Assembly: GCA_963693365.1 (NCBI GenBank)
Contig: CAVNZM010000015.1
Coordinates: 434,001 to 498,000, forward strand
DNA length: 64,000 nt
Direction: 5' to 3'
From: Amoebidium appalachense
Lineage: Eukaryota > Protista > Ichthyosporea
In this document: piece by piece, positions 62,629-64,000 of the stretch
Numbering within the stretch: position 1 is the first letter of the stretch
Layout of the letters: every line of letters begins with the position of its first letter
Notes under the pieces: generated by a model
Seen by the model: the letters and a program-made list of their open reading frames with translations, nothing else
The model's database searches: none
What the model was told of the DNA's origin: nothing
Translations under genes and position numbers: made by a program

Positions 62629-63801
62629 CGCACCATCTCCCCTACCCATGCACACACGTACACCCACACGCACACACACGTACAGGGTTCTCCAAGTCAG
62701 ATATCTCGCAGGTGATCCTGACTGGAGGCACCACCAAAATCCCCCGCCTGCAGACCATGCTCGCAGACTACTTTGGGGAGGGCACACCCATCAGTGCTTC
62801 AATTGCACCCGATGAGGTCGTGGCGTGCGGTGCCGCTTTGCAGGCTCAGATGCTCTCTGGTCATGGTAGGTGCACCAATGGGGAAAAGCGGTTAAAATTA
62901 CTGTTGTTAAAGTGGCTAAAAGGATGTTTTTAAAAGGGAACAAAGGCTGCCTGGCCATGGCGGGGGCCCAATGGAAACGAGCAATATTACTGTAAAAGTG
63001 GTGAAATGGGTGGTAAAAGAAAAGTGGACAAAGGCTGGCTGGGTGTGGTAGGTGCCCAATGGAAACGAGCGGTTAAGTTGGTTAAAGCGGTTACAAAGAA
63101 AAGATTGATTGGAATTGTGAGAGGAAAAAGCGGCTAAAATGGTCGAAGGGGTGGTTAGAGGGACAGATGCTGAGGGGTATGGTGTGGCCAATGGATACGA
63201 ATGTTTGCAATTGTTATGTTGGTTAAATTGGTGGTTAAAGGAACAGATGCTGCCTGGGCATGGTATGTGCCCAATTGAAAAGAGTGTTTAAAATGGTTCA
63301 AAGTAAAAGATTTTTTTTTGGAATGGTTGTCAGAGGAGTGGTCAAAGAGGTATATAGGGTCGCTGGGAATGATATGTGTCGTATAGGAAAACGCGGTTAA
63401 AATTCCTTAAAGGAAAAGATTTTTTAGGATGACTGTTAGAGGGGTGGTAAAAAAGGAACAGATGCTCTCTGATCATGGTATGTGCCCAATAGAAACAGTT
63501 GTCCAGAAAAAACTTAAGTTCGTGAGAAAGAAACGATGTTAAGTTCGTGAGAAAGAAACGATGGGCCGAAGGGATGGATGACGGGTTGGTTATTGAGTTT
63601 TTATGGGGTAATTTCATGGCTTTATATATATCCATAGCCGGACAGCCAAGAATTTAATGTGGTCTATCCAAGCAATTTAATGCATATCTCACATGCGCAT
63701 GAACATCCCCAGTGCACATTTACGAGCACAACGACTACATCGATTGCATGGGTCTCGCCTCCTCCATCGGTGTCGAGGATGCAGCTGGAAATTTCGTCCC
63801 A
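55219..63801 (+). CDS. HSPA14: Atypical Hsp70 of the HSPA14/Ssz1 (ribosome-associated complex) type; 12 exons visible, 3' end beyond the window
   Basis: Phase-consistent exons: 55219-55278, 56064-56147, 56934-57016, 57691-57796, 58435-58575, 59024-59119, 59989-60053, 60408-60509, 61160-61287, 62008-62112, 62686-62865, 63713-63801. Hsp70 motifs [59 protein letters not shown]. The degenerate LDIGASS (canonical DLGGGT), NGIYHIV and [16 protein letters not shown] segments point to HSPA14/Ssz1. Confidence 0.8.
62847..63500 (+). repeat. Degenerate tandem repeat echoing the HSPA14 exon-11/donor junction
   Basis: About six diverged copies of CAGATGCT..CTGGTCATGGTAGGTGC.CCAATGG.AA...GCGGTTAAA. Confidence 0.65.
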
Positions 63802-64000
63802 GTATTTGAACCCCCCCCCCCCCCCCCACCACTCACACACAAAAATGCTTATGATGCACACTTTGAGACAATCATAAGTTAGCATCTATCAAATGAATTT
63901 CTGGTTTGTGTTTGTGTGACGTTTTGTGTTCTTTTTGTGTATTTTTTTGACTGTGATCTGGCTTTTGATGTGTCTTTCTGCATAATCCCTACCCCATCTA

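Overview
Eukaryotic genomic DNA with spliceosomal GT-AG introns packed with poly-G/poly-C and (GT)n/(CA)n tracts, so most ORFs in the six-frame track are low-complexity artefacts. The gene content suggests a unicellular holozoan such as an ichthyosporean, but that is inference. Manual splicing recovers: a 15-exon LRWD1/ORCA gene with an extra PHD finger (21054-35627,+); an HSPA14/Ssz1-type Hsp70 that runs off the right edge (55219->63801,+); a disabled, bacterial-like multidomain GH31 gene of the alpha-N-acetylgalactosaminidase type (41178-49623,+); a multi-pass membrane protein (-); a C2H2 zinc-finger exon; a dead DUF642/CBM-like exon; and tRNA-Met. Mobile or foreign DNA includes a 2.6-kb DIRS-type RT-RNaseH-adenine-MTase element with identical 167-bp direct repeats but no gag or tyrosine recombinase, a CRESS-virus Rep helicase fragment with a nearby candidate origin stem-loop inside an LRWD1 intron, and several MITEs. 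The most unexplained signal is an intronic array of seven hairpins with a conserved 14-nt apex on different, partly covarying stems (37828-38350,-).
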